Assembly: GCA_051362555.1 (NCBI GenBank)
Contig: CM120648.1
Span: 12,210,587 to 12,274,586 of the forward strand
Origin: Lingula anatina
Taxonomy: Eukaryota; Animalia; Brachiopoda
Length of the DNA stretch: 64,000 bases
Direction: 5' to 3'
This document shows positions 37,403 to 50,615 of this stretch, in pieces (positions within the stretch are counted from its first letter, which is position 1; every line of letters begins with the position of its first letter). Below the pieces are notes generated by a model, which was given only the letters and a program-made list of their open reading frames with translations, was not told where the DNA came from and made no database searches. The position numbers and the translations under genes are program-made.

Positions 37403-40056
37403 CGTTATTTTTCTAAAGTCACGGAATTCTAAAATTTCAAACTTAGTGTTATTTATGCTTTTTTTTTCAATTTCGTTCCAATCTTCTGATTTTCTTTTTC
37501 TAAATTCCTTGCGTGCAACCAACATCCAGATGAAACTTTGCCCATGACAGTAAAGATGTAACATTGTTTGTGGAAACCGAGTTAACTGATCCATGCGTGC
37601 GACTTCACAGAATAGGATCTCTGGATAACCACGAAGCCACCTCTTTCTGCATTGTTTTTGTAAACATCCGCCGCATTGAATGCAATGAAAAGAAAAAAAC
37701 CCCACCAGAGAGTTGTGTGTTTCCTTTACGTTATACAACGCTTAGTCCGCAAACAGTAACAACTGATGATGAAAAATTTAAGTTTTTTCTTTGTATTATT
37801 TCAGCAGCAAATTAAATGACAAAATCAATATTAATATTCAAGAAAAGTTTTTTTTTTTATAAGATAATTTCAGACGGATGAGTTCTTAATTTCTATCAAT
37901 ACATGATTCGAGCACATTTGTTCATATTTTAGTTGAATATATGTATTTATTACTCGGTAAAATAATTTATTTCACTCTATATTTATTGGAATTCGTCTTT
38001 TTGTAATAATTGTAAAACCTGTATTCAGTCAGTTATGCAATGTCACACTATTACCTAGTATTTTGTATTGATTCTTTTGAATTTCTCCGCGTGACCTTCA
38101 TATGGGACTTGTCGACGACGAAGGGCAGCAACCGTTCAAAGAAGGTATAACCAATGGAAAAACGGGCCAGATTGCGGCCATGGATAGCCAATCACTTCTC
38201 TTCTTCTAAGAACCAGTTTCATGTACAAGACTTAGTTTGGGACGTTTCATTACGCACTTGTTACTGTTTGCGGACTTCGAGTTGTATTACGTAAAAGAAA
38301 CATACAGAAGGTGCCGTGATATTATAATCCTTTTTCCTTGACATTCCTTGGTTCTTGACGAAGAAGAAAGTGTTACTGACACTGCTGTAAAAGTATCTTA
38401 CATTCTTGTGAAGTAATTTGTAAGATAAAAGAGTAAAGTGAGAGTGAAGCCAATGACTCCCTGACACTTCAAAAAATAGACCAGTCTTAAATGCCATGTA
38501 AGGTTTTGAAAAGCTGCGTTGAAAAGAATGTTATTGTGTGGAAAAGTTTTGTGTAGTGGTAAGGAATCTCACTAACATCCAGGCCTCAGCACTGAAAAGT
38601 GAGACAAGAATGACAGGCATTATCCATTGAAAATTGTTTTTCATCTAAGCCTTGACATAGAATATTTGTACTTTTATGACATAGGCTAAGGGACTTTGGC
38701 ATACTTACACGTGCGAGAAAATGTGTTAAAGATGTTACAATCTTCACATTTGAAGTTTATGTCACCTAATCCCTTTTAGAATGACAGAACATTTTGACAT
38801 TGCTGTTAACACCTACTGGGTTCAACGTTTAGCCTTTTTTTCTATATCAATTAATATGTGGGATTTGTTATATGAAAACAGGTTCATAGTGAATACAAGG
38901 TATATTTGATACCGCAGAAGCAGATTAGAGATAGCATTAGTACATTTGAGTGGTCTCTGTGATTTAAATGGAGTAAAATGTGTTTTAAACACAGAACTCA
39001 GGAAAAATTATTGTATTTGTCACATGTTTTTGCCACTCGCCCATTCTTTCTAAAGCAAAAGGATAGATTCATTTACTAATATAAAGAGAAATATTGACAA
39101 ACAGGATTACAGAAAATGTTTGTCATTTTCTCCGCTCTTTGGGTAACCGGAGCGTCCTGGATATACAAGTACATGTATTCTCCGGGTAGGAAGGTTGCAT
39201 AACGGTCGGATCTGGGGCTGGCTTAAACTAAATTATTTCAGGTGTGGTGACTGTTTTTGATGGAAGAGATCAAAAGAGCCAAATGGCATAATGAGGCCGA
39301 AGTATTTCTACAATTTTAGAATCGTTACTGGGTCTCCTTTTCTGTCAGCTTAAAAAGAGTTGACATTCATTATTTAAATTTATTACTTTAAAGAGACTTT
39401 TGTTTCTAATATTGCCTTTGTTCCGTGATTGTCATTTGAATTTAAAGACAAGGATGAATTGTGTAACACTGCCGTGTTATGATATCAATTTCCAACATTA
39501 CAAAGTAAGAGGATTAAAAAAGTTGGAAATTGACAACAAGCAAAAATCAACATGACACGAAATACCAGGTTTAAAAGTCACGCAAGTGTGAGTTAGTTTT
39601 CGCCGGTGATTCATCTTTTGGACAAATTAAAACTATTAATGTTCGTGATAGGTCGTCATAGATTTGTCCATATCGAATTGATGAAAATAAAAATTTTTGT
39701 GGTGAGTCATCGATTTGGCCATATCAATACGAATCAGTCTTCGGTTACATCTCTCATATGTACATGTTTATCCTTCCCTAGCATCATATCTCGTCTTCTA
39801 GAAGAGCACCAGATACTGCGGCTTTGTAGTAGCATAATACGGATAAATCATTTGTATTTGTCTAAGGCAATGCTTAAATCTTTCTGAATTTAATTGTTGG
39901 ACAACCAATGTAGTCTCCACTATTAATCGTTTCTCTTCCCTTGTGGACAATTAAAAATAAATAACTTCACCGATTTTACAGTGGTATTAGGCGGCAAGCT
40001 TTCAAGTGGGTCAGCCATATTTGATCTGCGGACCTGTTTGTCCGTGGGTCGACTCA

Positions 40057-40110
<54 letters not shown>

Positions 40111-40111
40111 C

Positions 40112-40142
<31 letters not shown>

Positions 40143-43100
40143 TGTGTGCGTGCGCCCGCACGCATTTGTGTGAGTAAGTGTTTATTCATTTATATCTTTT
40201 TAAGTTTTAGTTTATTGGCGTTTTGCAATTTAAAAGAAATTGTTGTTGTCACCGAAAATGTAATACAAAGTCTTTCGACGCGTGATTTTGGATTTGGAGG
40301 GGAAAATGGGTCAGAAATAATAGCAGACTTGTGAGAGAAGTGCTTTAAAGACTAAAAGCTGTCAAAATATATCAACAAATATTTTCTGGTTCAATACCTC
40401 AAGTGAGATGAAGAACAGACATTGTGCGGCAGGATTATTACAAAGGAATACTGTTGTAAAGTTTTAGAATTCGAGGACGAATTCTTTTGAAGAAGGGGTG
40501 TATGTTGTAAAGCAATTGACATACACTTTCGACAATTACAAAACAATTAAAACATAATTAAATGTGTAGGAAGTTATTGAGTGCAAAGTAAATGTCTTAA
40601 AGTGTCAACGAGTGTAGAGACTGTTCTCGAAGCAAGAAAGGGTGGAACATTTCAGAGTCAGATATAGTTGGATCTGATTGGTTAATTTTTCTATCGATTT
40701 GAACGTTTTTAACAGGTGTAAAAATCATGCATACTCGAGTTGGACATGAACCAAGATGAGTAATTCGGGGAATATTTAAAATATTTTAAATCATAAGCAA
40801 GTCTCATTTAAATTACTAAATTAGGAAATATTGAATAGAGTTTTGTAATATGAGAATGGGAAATAAATACTTGTAGATTTTGCGAAAAATTGAGTGTGTG
40901 GAATAAATATCTGAAGCTCCAGATCGTCGTTGTTGTCACTATAACAATCCTAAAGCCACACTCAAAGCATGGTGCATTCGTATTATTTTGCAATAGACTA
41001 CAGTTCGGCAGAACTTGGGTTTTTTTCTGTTTGGGGTCGAGTTTCTGTTCAAATGCCTTAAGTGAGATGAAGAATAGACACTGTCGAAACGTATGGAAAA
41101 CCAGGGTCCCGATACTCGACCTAGCGCAAGCGTTTCGATTCCATAACTCGCCCATACTCGTCCCATATAATGCATTGTACTCTCTATGTGATATCGCTAT
41201 TCGCAATACGCAATGCTTTCGAGTTGAAAATTGTGTAAAAGCTTTGTGCGCCAGGATTATTAGAAAGTCATACTAATGCCGCACACAGAACGTGGTGCAT
41301 TCGTACTCTTTTGATAAGACAATAGTTCGCCAGAACTTAAGAAAAAACAGCCAGTAAATTATTCATGGATAAATTAACTCATTTTTTATTCATATCGACA
41401 CCGTACTTGCTTCTCTGCCAGTTTGCATATTTTTGTTCCCTCCCCCAAATCCTGCGATCTCGCATGATTTTACGCTAAATCGCCAGTCTTTGGGCTAACT
41501 CGGGTGTTTCACCCCCATCAACTATAGGAAGACAATTGTGGGGAACTTATGCCACCGGTGTACTGCTCTTCGCGAAGCTAATGGTGGCCATACTCGTTAT
41601 GAGTGTCTTTGAACTCAGGATGTTGACGCCCTAACTCTTGGACTATGCATTTAAACTTCCCGAAATGCTCTCAAAGTTATGTGTATTTGTTGAAGAAAAT
41701 ATGCTGGTATTGTTAGCTATATACTCTAGTTCCATACATGAAAATAAGTCAACATATTCTTTCGTGCGTTGATATTTTTGTTCAGTGTACATTGTTTGCT
41801 CAGGTTAAGTGAAATTTGTAAATACAAAGTTTGTAAAAACTGGGAGAAAGAGTCAGAGCAAACTACAAAAAAGTTTCCATTCAGTGCTTTTTTTCAATGT
41901 TCTCAGTGTAAGACGATCCCAACCCAAGGGATTCTTATTTTTACATACATATACTCTATTCTAAACAAATTTGACATTTCTTGAAACCTGCGTCGCATGC
42001 GGGGAAGTGAAATAAAGCCCATAAAAAACATGCCACTCGTACAGCTCGACCGTGCAGACCACAAATACGACAAAAAAAGAACATGACTAAGGAAATTGTT
42101 TTGTCTTTGGTACTGAAAGGTAAACTTCGTGATGTCTTGAAATCCGATCGCTTCACTGTATCATTGCACTTTAATAGGTGGGCATGTTAACCAGTGCTAT
42201 AGCTAGGAAATAGTTGGTCAAACGGAGCTGAATCAGTACTTTATGCGCATGCCTTTTGGTAAAAGGACATTGACCTGTCGATATTTGGTTTTTGATTCAC
42301 AAATTTTAAGAAGAAACCCGGCAACCGGCTGCACAAAGATTTTTTTCGTTGCACCTGTAGTCCACTTCCGTTGGCTGTTCTCTTAGTCGAATCGATGTCT
42401 GACCAATTTGTTCCTGATAATTGATCATCGAAAGACGAGCTGTGTTTGTCATTCATACTTCCATTGATTGCTTTCACACATGCAAAAAAGAACTTTCACG
42501 ACTTCTTGTATAACAACAATGAGAGGGTTTGAAAAGTTTTATATGTAATATCCTTTTTTATGTGTTTTATTGATAAGTGATAGTTTTAAAGGTAGTATCG
42601 CAGGTTTTAGTCTCTCATAACCTTCAGTAGGGTGGGTTTAATTTTTTTAGATGTTAATAAAATTATTATTATTATTATGTATCCAGTCCCGTATTACTGT
42701 GTATATGTGTACAAATGGGGCTCATATTATCAAGATCATCAAAGACAACAAAGAAGAAAGTACATCGGCAAAATAAAGAAGCTATTTATTTCTGAACTCA
42801 ATGACAAGTGAATTGGAAAATTCAATGGACATATAGTGTAATTTAGAAAACGCAGAAAAGCCTCTCTGTAAGCTACACGTGCATAATACATGTATGGTAA
42901 AGAAATAAAATGTATAATAAAAAAATCTAACAACGCATTTGCAAAGTAATACAAATATGCTAAGTATTAAAGTACGGATTTTTAACAGTCTTAAATACGT
43001 TGAAAAGTATGAAATGTATGGAAAACACTTTATTTGCATGCTTTAATTGTCTATGATTGAGAACGATGAAAATACGCATTTAAAACATTTAAAAATCAAA

Positions 43101-43221
43101 TAATTTGGCATCTTGCTATAATTTTGTTTTGGTCTGACGGTTTTGTATCAGTTTGACAGAATTTTCACACTTGTCAGACCGAAAGTCTGATATTTTTTAC
43201 CTGTCGTAAATTTTATACATA

Positions 43222-43548
43222 CAACATTGGTCAAAAAGGTTGTCCCACCCCCATTTCCATGTACTTTTATTTACAAATGATCACCTCACAGCTGTAAACT
43301 GTTAGAAATAGTGTTTTTTTATTACGGATACCGTGTCTAACATGATTAATGGTTAAAAAAATACAAAATAGTGGTGAAAATATACACATTTTATAGGAGG
43401 TTTTGTTTTTGGTTCCGTTAGTTTGTCTGTCTAGACCCGGTATCTGTAATAAAAAGCACTATTTCTAACAATTTACAGCTGTAAGGTGATCATTTGTAAA
43501 TAAAAGTACATGGAAATGGGGGTGGGACAACCTTTTTGACCAATGTTG
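43222..43548. mobile_element. Tc1/mariner-type foldback MITE, TA TSD
   Basis: About 100-bp near-perfect TIRs caacattggtcaaaaaggttgtcccaccccc...; TA on both flanks; shorter copy at 61774-61889. Confidence 0.9.
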
Positions 43549-44461
43549 TATACTAGTCTAAGACACGGTAAACAGTGTAATTATTGTCTGGGAAGGAGTC
43601 GAAAATTCCTGTCTCACATATTTAACACACAAAATTAGAAGGTTTTAATTACAGAGGAAAGATCGTAGTTTTGGCCGCCCCTCTTACAGAACAATTGAAC
43701 AAGTAACACCTGATGCGTTATCAGGTACCAAATGATTAATCAGTTAAACGACGAACAATCTGCGTGTCAGTTTTACCTGTATACACAATAGGTACGAGTC
43801 AAGCAATCCAGAGAATCTTTTCATTTTATTGTTTCAAAAATCTCTTAAGACATCCTTCAAACAAGACATGAAAATCGCAATGAATTGATACTACCGGTAC
43901 ATGTACACATGATAGTAAATGAAGTGGTACATGTATCGCCACAGCTTGCATATATATATGTAATATTATAAGGACGTACGTAACTGCCCATACACAAGAA
44001 AGCTGTGCACGAGTTTACTGGCTATTTTGATCTTATAAAAAATATAACGTGTCTCTTTCGCATATCTTTATTGTCGGAAGCATTTAAAAGAACTCTGAAG
44101 CTATAGTTCGTCATCACTGAAGAAAGTGCAGCCAAGGCTCGGACGCTTAGGTGAAGTCTAGTTGTACAGCGCATCGTATTTAAACTGAGAAATAAAACAT
44201 TTAATTGCTCGATTTTCCGTCCAAACAGCTGTTTTCTTGCCTACAGTTGAAGCATTTCTGTGCTTCAGCCACCTTTTTAGTTTGACACAAAGCAGTGCAC
44301 GCTTCAAACGACCTTTTTATATGCGCACCTTGTACATCATCTACACCTAGCAGTGCCATGCTGGAAACAGCAGAGGACTACAATGACCCCTGTGGCGCGC
44401 GGTTCCTGTCACGAGCACTACTTATTTCCGCAAAAGATGAAAAGGGTCAATTTGTCCACTG

Positions 44462-44635
44462 TTACCTCCGCCAAGGAGGTTTTGTTTTTGGTTCCGTTAG
44501 TTTGTCTGTCTGTCTGTCTGTCTGTTAGCTCAATTACAGTAAAAATATGGGCCGATTTTGATGAAATTTTCAGGAACTGTCAGAGGTGGGCCAAGGAACA
44601 GATGATTAGTTTGTGGTGGTGATCCGGAACATAAA
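44462..44635 (+). mobile_element. Helentron-associated (HINE/DINE-1-like) non-autonomous element
   Basis: ttacctccgccaaggaggtt hairpin, then (GTCT)n, then ccgattttgatgaaatttt core; 3' limit uncertain. A similar remnant lies on the - strand near 12970-13050. Confidence 0.7.
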
Positions 44636-45441
44636 TCAATCAATAATCATTAATAAAAAAATTAAAATTACATAAAGAGTATTGTTGATTAACAGTTAAT
44701 AATTTCTATAGAAACAAAGGGTGATTTTCTAACTACACGGCACAGAGTGCGTCCTTTTTCATGCGTGCAGTGTTAACTCAACTAGACACCTGATAACCAA
44801 TCTTCAGAAACCCATTTCTCTCTTCGGTTGCGTCATTATTCTCTTTCCAATAATGCAATATAAAGAACGCCCTCACCAAATGGAGAAGTACTTGATCATC
44901 TACTGGATTTTTAGACCACAACTTTCCACAAATGACCACTCTTCGGTTTTTCCAGACAGTAGAAGAGGGAGACAATCAATTGCAAATGCCATGCAGTGGG
45001 CTTCAGCTAATTACACCTGTTTCTCCCTAGTGTCTCTCTGGCTAACCGCACTGTGGTTCACAGAAGGGTGCGCTCGACAACACCTTTTCAGAAAAAGCGG
45101 AACACTATCCAGGAAATTACTATGCGGTGAAAGAGTAGGTTTTGATAAATACCAAGTTTCCGTTTTTGTAAAAGAAATGCCATATGCATTGCATGGTCAA
45201 TACTCTCTCTCTCTCTCTCTCTCACTGTGTATTGTAAAATGTTAGATTGCCGATTGCCTCCCCCCCCCCCCCCAAAAAAAAAAATAATAATAAAAAGGTC
45301 TGGACAAACAAATGAACAATTTTTAAAAGACAGAAGCTGAAAACACAAGCCATTAAAAAGAAAGAGGTAAGACAAACACGAACTCTTTGGACACTGAATA
45401 AGAGGAAACGAAAAATGAATGTCATGTGAAACAGAAAGATT

Positions 45442-45615
45442 GGCGGCATTCAGACGGTGGACTAACTAGTCCGCGGGTCAAATATGGCGTCCCATTAAAA
45501 GACTTGCCGTCTAATCCACTAATAGGCACTGAAGAGATTCCCAATGGGGAAGTATTCAAGTAGGTCAGCCATATTTGACCTTTGGACTAGTTAGTCCACT
45601 GTTCTGAATGCGGCC
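45442..45615. mobile_element. Harbinger-type MITE related to family C
   Basis: TIR ggcggcattcagacggtggactaactagtcc...ggactagttagtccactgttctgaatgcggcc with aaatatggc; related half-copies near 992-1056 and 39997-40045. Confidence 0.8.
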
Positions 45616-47074
45616 ATACGGGGTGAAAATATGAGGCACGAAAATACTGGCAAATCTCATAAAATGGACACACCTAGTCACGCCTCCAGAGCTGCTGAGA
45701 GAAGTTGTTCATATGCGAGAACAGAAAAAAAAGATCTCTGTAACCAGCCCCGCCTGAAAAAAAACCATGGTCTGAGTGTCAGGTGTGCAGTATTACCCGC
45801 AAGCCTGTGGTTTTGAAGCTTTCCGCTATTATATACATTATGCAAGAAATCAATGGTCGTCAGTAAAGGTTTTTGCACTATTTGTACTAAAATATTATAC
45901 GGTGTGACGTTAAATGACGGACAGTTTTGGCTTTAACTAAACCTAGATAGTCGAGTAGCCAGAACGCTAACCCTGCAATTTTTTTTCCTGTAAACTTTTT
46001 TTGCTGAAATGCTTTCTTCAGGCCGAGAGAAGCAATATTAGCTTGGTTGCTACTTCCGAGACATTGAGCATTTTTCAATATGGCCGTCAATTTATGAGGA
46101 AAAATAGAAAAACCTACCAGAAGTCGCCAGGTATACTTTATTAAGGGCTTCTTTGAATGTTAATCCTATTAGAAGAGCACAGCAGGACTGGTGGATACAC
46201 TTAAGCGCGTATTTTTTAGCAAAAAATCAAAATGGCCGTCAAAACATAGGGCAGAATGTAAAAAAAATGCAAAAAATGTCCATTTTTCTGCATATTTAGT
46301 CTTGTAAAAACTATTTTCGCCACTTATATTTATTTTCATTATGATATTTTGTTAGCCATGGTCCCAAACTCTGAGAAAAAGGCCTTTTTTGACGTTTTAC
46401 AAATAGTGGCTGACGGTATCAGCTCCCGGAATTTCATTTGCACTCCAACGAACTCCACAGTCGAAGATTGTCATATCTTGCAAACTTTTAAAAAGAAATT
46501 ATATCACCTGAGCTTGAAAACTGAGAAAATACAACTAAACTTGGGTTTCTTTGCCAGTTGATACGTTTAGGACATTGATCAGTTTTCACAGAACAAGATG
46601 GCCGTCAATTTGTTATATGAATAGCAAGAGCATTATGTTCGTATCAATATGTATATTCTTCACACCATGGTTCATCATTGGATATTTATGTAAACATTCT
46701 TATAAATTGCAATCACTTATTACATCTCAGCAAGTCATTTGAATTAAAAAAAAAAACAAAAATGGCCTCCAAAACGTAATGGAAAGAACTAAAAGAGCTG
46801 TACATCCACAAGTCCTTTAACTGAAAAAGACGTTGTAAATCAAATACAAATATACACAAAGAAAAATTTATACCTGCAGTAAAGACAGGATGCACAATTA
46901 AACAGATTCTTTGGATAAATAAAACAACAACGAAAAGCAATAGGTCCGTCAATACTACTCTATGATTAAAGAAAATATTAAATGCGGATATCTCAGTCAT
47001 AACGTGGCAATTAAACAAATCGATTTCCTTAATACTACATCAACTTCTTGACAAGTCTTGGCCATAAGCTTATT

Positions 47075-48572
47075 TTAGACTTCGTCATATTCTTCATCTA
47101 ACCGTTCTTGCACTTGCCCACAACATGAAATTCCTCCCTCGCACTTGCAGTAGTCTGTGCATGAGAGACCTGAGTTATTGCAACTGCATCGTGCACCACT
47201 GCAAGCCTTGGCGCCTACTACAGCACAGCTGCAGCTGACCACATCGAGCAGCACTTGAGGAGCCACTGGTGCCGATGAAATGGTTGGGACGATGGTTGAT
47301 CCATCAATGGTCCAACCAAAGTTTGAAATGTCTCGAGTTTCTTCAGACGGGTCACGTTTGTCTGCAGCCTTCCACAGTGACATCTGTAGATGAACTCGAA
47401 GCACACGCAGCTGCAAGTTTTCATCAGTCGGTGACAGTTTCCTAAGAAGCGGAGGTTTCTTTCGACAGCGAAAGAAGCGAGCACAGGCCTCATTTAATGT
47501 TGTACATTCCGCCTGTCCGTATAGGGGTAAAAGGAAAGCATCGGCTGCCATCTTAAGCTCAGCGTGGGTTACACCAGGCTCTCCGAGTACTTGATCCAGT
47601 CCTGGTATATCTATCTCTAGCAGCTTCAGAGCCGACTGCTTTCCTTTTCCAAAGGGGTACGATACTGTATCACAGCCCGACAGTGCGTGGACACCTTGTA
47701 ACTGGCTGCATTTCCTTGGCCCTAACTGCTCTACAGTAGCATTTATGTCAAGGACATCACAACTTTACTTTTCCATTTGAATCGTAGCATCTATCTTCAT
47801 CTTTGATGTCCAATAGACCAAGAGGACAAAGACATCTGTGTCATCACTAAGGATGCGTATTGTCTCGGCGCCATCCGCCATTGCCTTCAACATATAACTG
47901 GAGAGGGTGACATCTGTCCCAGGCCCGTAGCCAGCAATTTTAAAGGGGGGGTTCTTTTTTTGAAAAAGTGGACCTTTTCCCATAAAAACTACATGTACCT
48001 AGATGAAATTTTAACCAGAGTGGACCTTTTCCCAGCAAAAGGGGTGGTTCCTTCGAACCCCCCGAACCCCCCCCCCCCCCCCCCCCCTGGCTACGGGCCT
48101 GTGTCCCAACATGGGTTACTGCACAGTCCATCTTATTCACGAGCTGTATGTTGTGTGGAAGGCGATATGTACAGAGGATGGTGTTGAGGAGACTCTTGTT
48201 CTTCGTATTGTGAAGAATGGTTTCGCGGCAAGGAAGGCTGGTGTTGTAAGTAGTCCAGAGTTCTTTGGCGCTTCCTCGTCTCATACGCTCGTGTTCCTTA
48301 GGGCTACGAGTTTCTTCATCGTACCTGTCAAACAGCACGACTTTCCTTGAATCTTCGGGGTAGTGGGATTGACGAGCGCCAAAACTTGCGGCTAAGTCGC
48401 CTGCAGTCCCGCCGACGTGGTAAAGCAACTACCCGGCTTCAACCAGCACAACATCTGGAGCAGGCGGGGTTGTGACTAGGATTCCGAGGCACCTGACGAG
48501 CACTGACTTATTGCACTTTCTCAAGCAGCCATACTCATCGATCAGGGCAGGAGGAACAAGACTTAGCTGTGA
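47075..48572 (-). pseudogene. C-terminal part of an Academ transposase (XPG/FEN-like nuclease region plus Cys-rich CXC domain), disrupted
   Basis: Motifs LSLVPPALIDEYGCLRKCNKS, FDRY, SDDTDVFVLL, HALSGCDTVSYPFGKGK, LSPT..LQMSLW, CSC...CSGARCSC...LSCTDYCKC; stops, frameshifts and a MITE insertion. Confidence 0.82.
47920..48101 (+). mobile_element. MITE (CAGGCCCGTAGCCAG TIR) inserted in the Academ ORF
   Basis: Perfect 15-bp TIR; 5-bp TSD TGTCC; removal restores the frame VTHVGT-DVTLSSY. Confidence 0.92.
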
Positions 48573-50447
48573 CAGACTGGCACCCAAGTAGCTTTAACAG
48601 GCTAGTTGTCAAGGCAACACACTGTCTCTCAAGCAAATGTAATTTACATGTTCTTCTCCTCATAGGCCATTTGAGTAAAATTAGAAACACCTCCTAGGAT
48701 TGGATTATTCTTATCCATATTGAAAAGGTTAAAATCACAAAAATAAATGTTAATATAATCATTATAAAAACTAAAAACAATTAGGTTAGTATATTAATAA
48801 TAATTCAATTTATTTATAATTAGTTTTACCCCTCCCCCTCTCATTAGCGCCTAAATTGCAAATTAACATTTTGGACTCCCTGTATCACAAATACTGGGGA
48901 AATCCCTGCTGGCCCTTGATTATTATTTTTTCAGATTGAGCCTGCATAAAAAAGAAAGAGAGAATTTATGAAACGGTCAATCCTACGTGTTGCCGCACTT
49001 TGTGGAGTCTTAGTATAACTGTACCTTACCAGTACACCTCGTCATAACCTTTTCCAGCATGTTGTAGCGGTAATTTTGTCTTTTTTAATGAATTTAACGT
49101 ATAGTGGTCCTATCTTTAATCCTATAAAACAGTCTTGAAAGGATCAACATTGATTTAAACCTATCTGAAGTGCAGAACACAGTGCAATTTGGACCCAACA
49201 CATTGCTTTTCTACATAATTATTTGACGGCCATTTTGGATTTTGAAAATTGATCTATGTCTATGAAGTGGAAGAAAACCTAACTAAACTGGCTTATGTAG
49301 CCTCAAAGAGTTTAGTTCTTCAAAAAAAAAAAAAAAAAAAAGAAAGCAGGGAATAGCATAGAAGGATTCGAATATGGAGCCCGTGGGAGTGGCAACAGAC
49401 TCTTGGGGGCTGATACCCTTACCCATCCATTTGTGGAATGACAAAAAAAGTTTATTCTGAGAGCTTAAGTTTACGGCTAACGAAATATGATCATAAAAAT
49501 AAATATAAGTGGCGAAAATAGTTTTTACAAGACTAAATATGAAGAAAAACGGACAATATTTGCATCTTTTTTTATGTTATGCCATATGTTTTGACGGCCA
49601 TTTTGATGTTTTGCTAAAAGTTACGAGCTTAAGTGTATCTAACATTCCTGCTGTGCTCCTCTGATAGGATTAACGTTCAAAGAAGCCTTTAATAAAGTAT
49701 ACCTGGCGATTTCTGGTCGTTTTTCTATTTTTCCTCATAAATTGACGGCCATATTGAAAAATGCTCAATGTCTCGGAAGTAGCAACTAAGCTAATTTTGC
49801 TTCTCTCTACCAAAAGAATGCGTTTCAGCAAAAAAAGTTTACAGGAAAGAACATTGCAGGGTTCGACTATTGGGCCTATGGGAGTGGCGACTAGACTAAG
49901 ACCTCGGTCTTATTGTAGACGTGGCTACTTTTAAAAACGTCCGCGTCAGTTGCAACTTGAACAGATATTTTAGATATGTAAGTTATAAACAAAAAGGTTT
50001 TAATGTAATGAATGGATGGATAAATGGATGGACGGATGGAAGGATGGAGGGATGAATGCATGGCTGACCGACAAAGACAGACAGTCAGACAATAAAGTAA
50101 TCTTCTGCATAAAAATCAGTCTTTATAGAAATTTTCAGTTTTTTTGCCATAACATTGTTCTTTACACTAAAATCTATAAGTTCAGTAATTTATTTTTATT
50201 CCAGGATGACTTTTTCAGTTAAAACTTTCTTTCAAAATTGCAATATGCATGCATATCTCTCATGCAACTGAGCCCATTTTGCAACCCAGTGGCAGATTTT
50301 TTTTTTTTGGGGGGGGGGGTCAGTAGGGGTCCGCCCCCCCCCCCCCCCCCTTCGATTTCTGAAAAAAAAAAAACAACAATGAAATTAGTATTTTGACTAG
50401 CTGAATCATAGTTCTACACCATACCAAATAGCACCGTTCGCCCTCTA

Positions 50448-50570
50448 TGTGGTTGGTCATACTTGGAACAGCTCACATATTATGAAAAGTACTGTGTGTC
50501 TAAGCTATAGGAAGCAGCTGACATACAGAAAAAAGACCCAGCAGAAAATCGTATAGCTGGAGAGATTCAC

Positions 50571-50613
<43 letters not shown>
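50448..50613 (+). mobile_element. Extremely 5'-truncated R4/Dong-type retroelement (ORF end, 3' UTR, (TAA)n tail)
   Basis: 50456-50503 reads VILGTAHIL*KVLCV*, homologous to the end of the neighbouring element (VLLGSAHIIRKTLSIS*); both end in tcaca(taa)n. Confidence 0.7.

Positions 50614-50615
<2 letters not shown>

Larger units (their letters stand above)
45948..49898 (-). mobile_element. Academ-type DNA transposon, internally deleted and decayed
   Basis: TAGTC...GACTA termini; AGA on both flanks (3-bp TSD); TIRs of at least 400 bp; internal transposase remnant. Confidence 0.85.
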
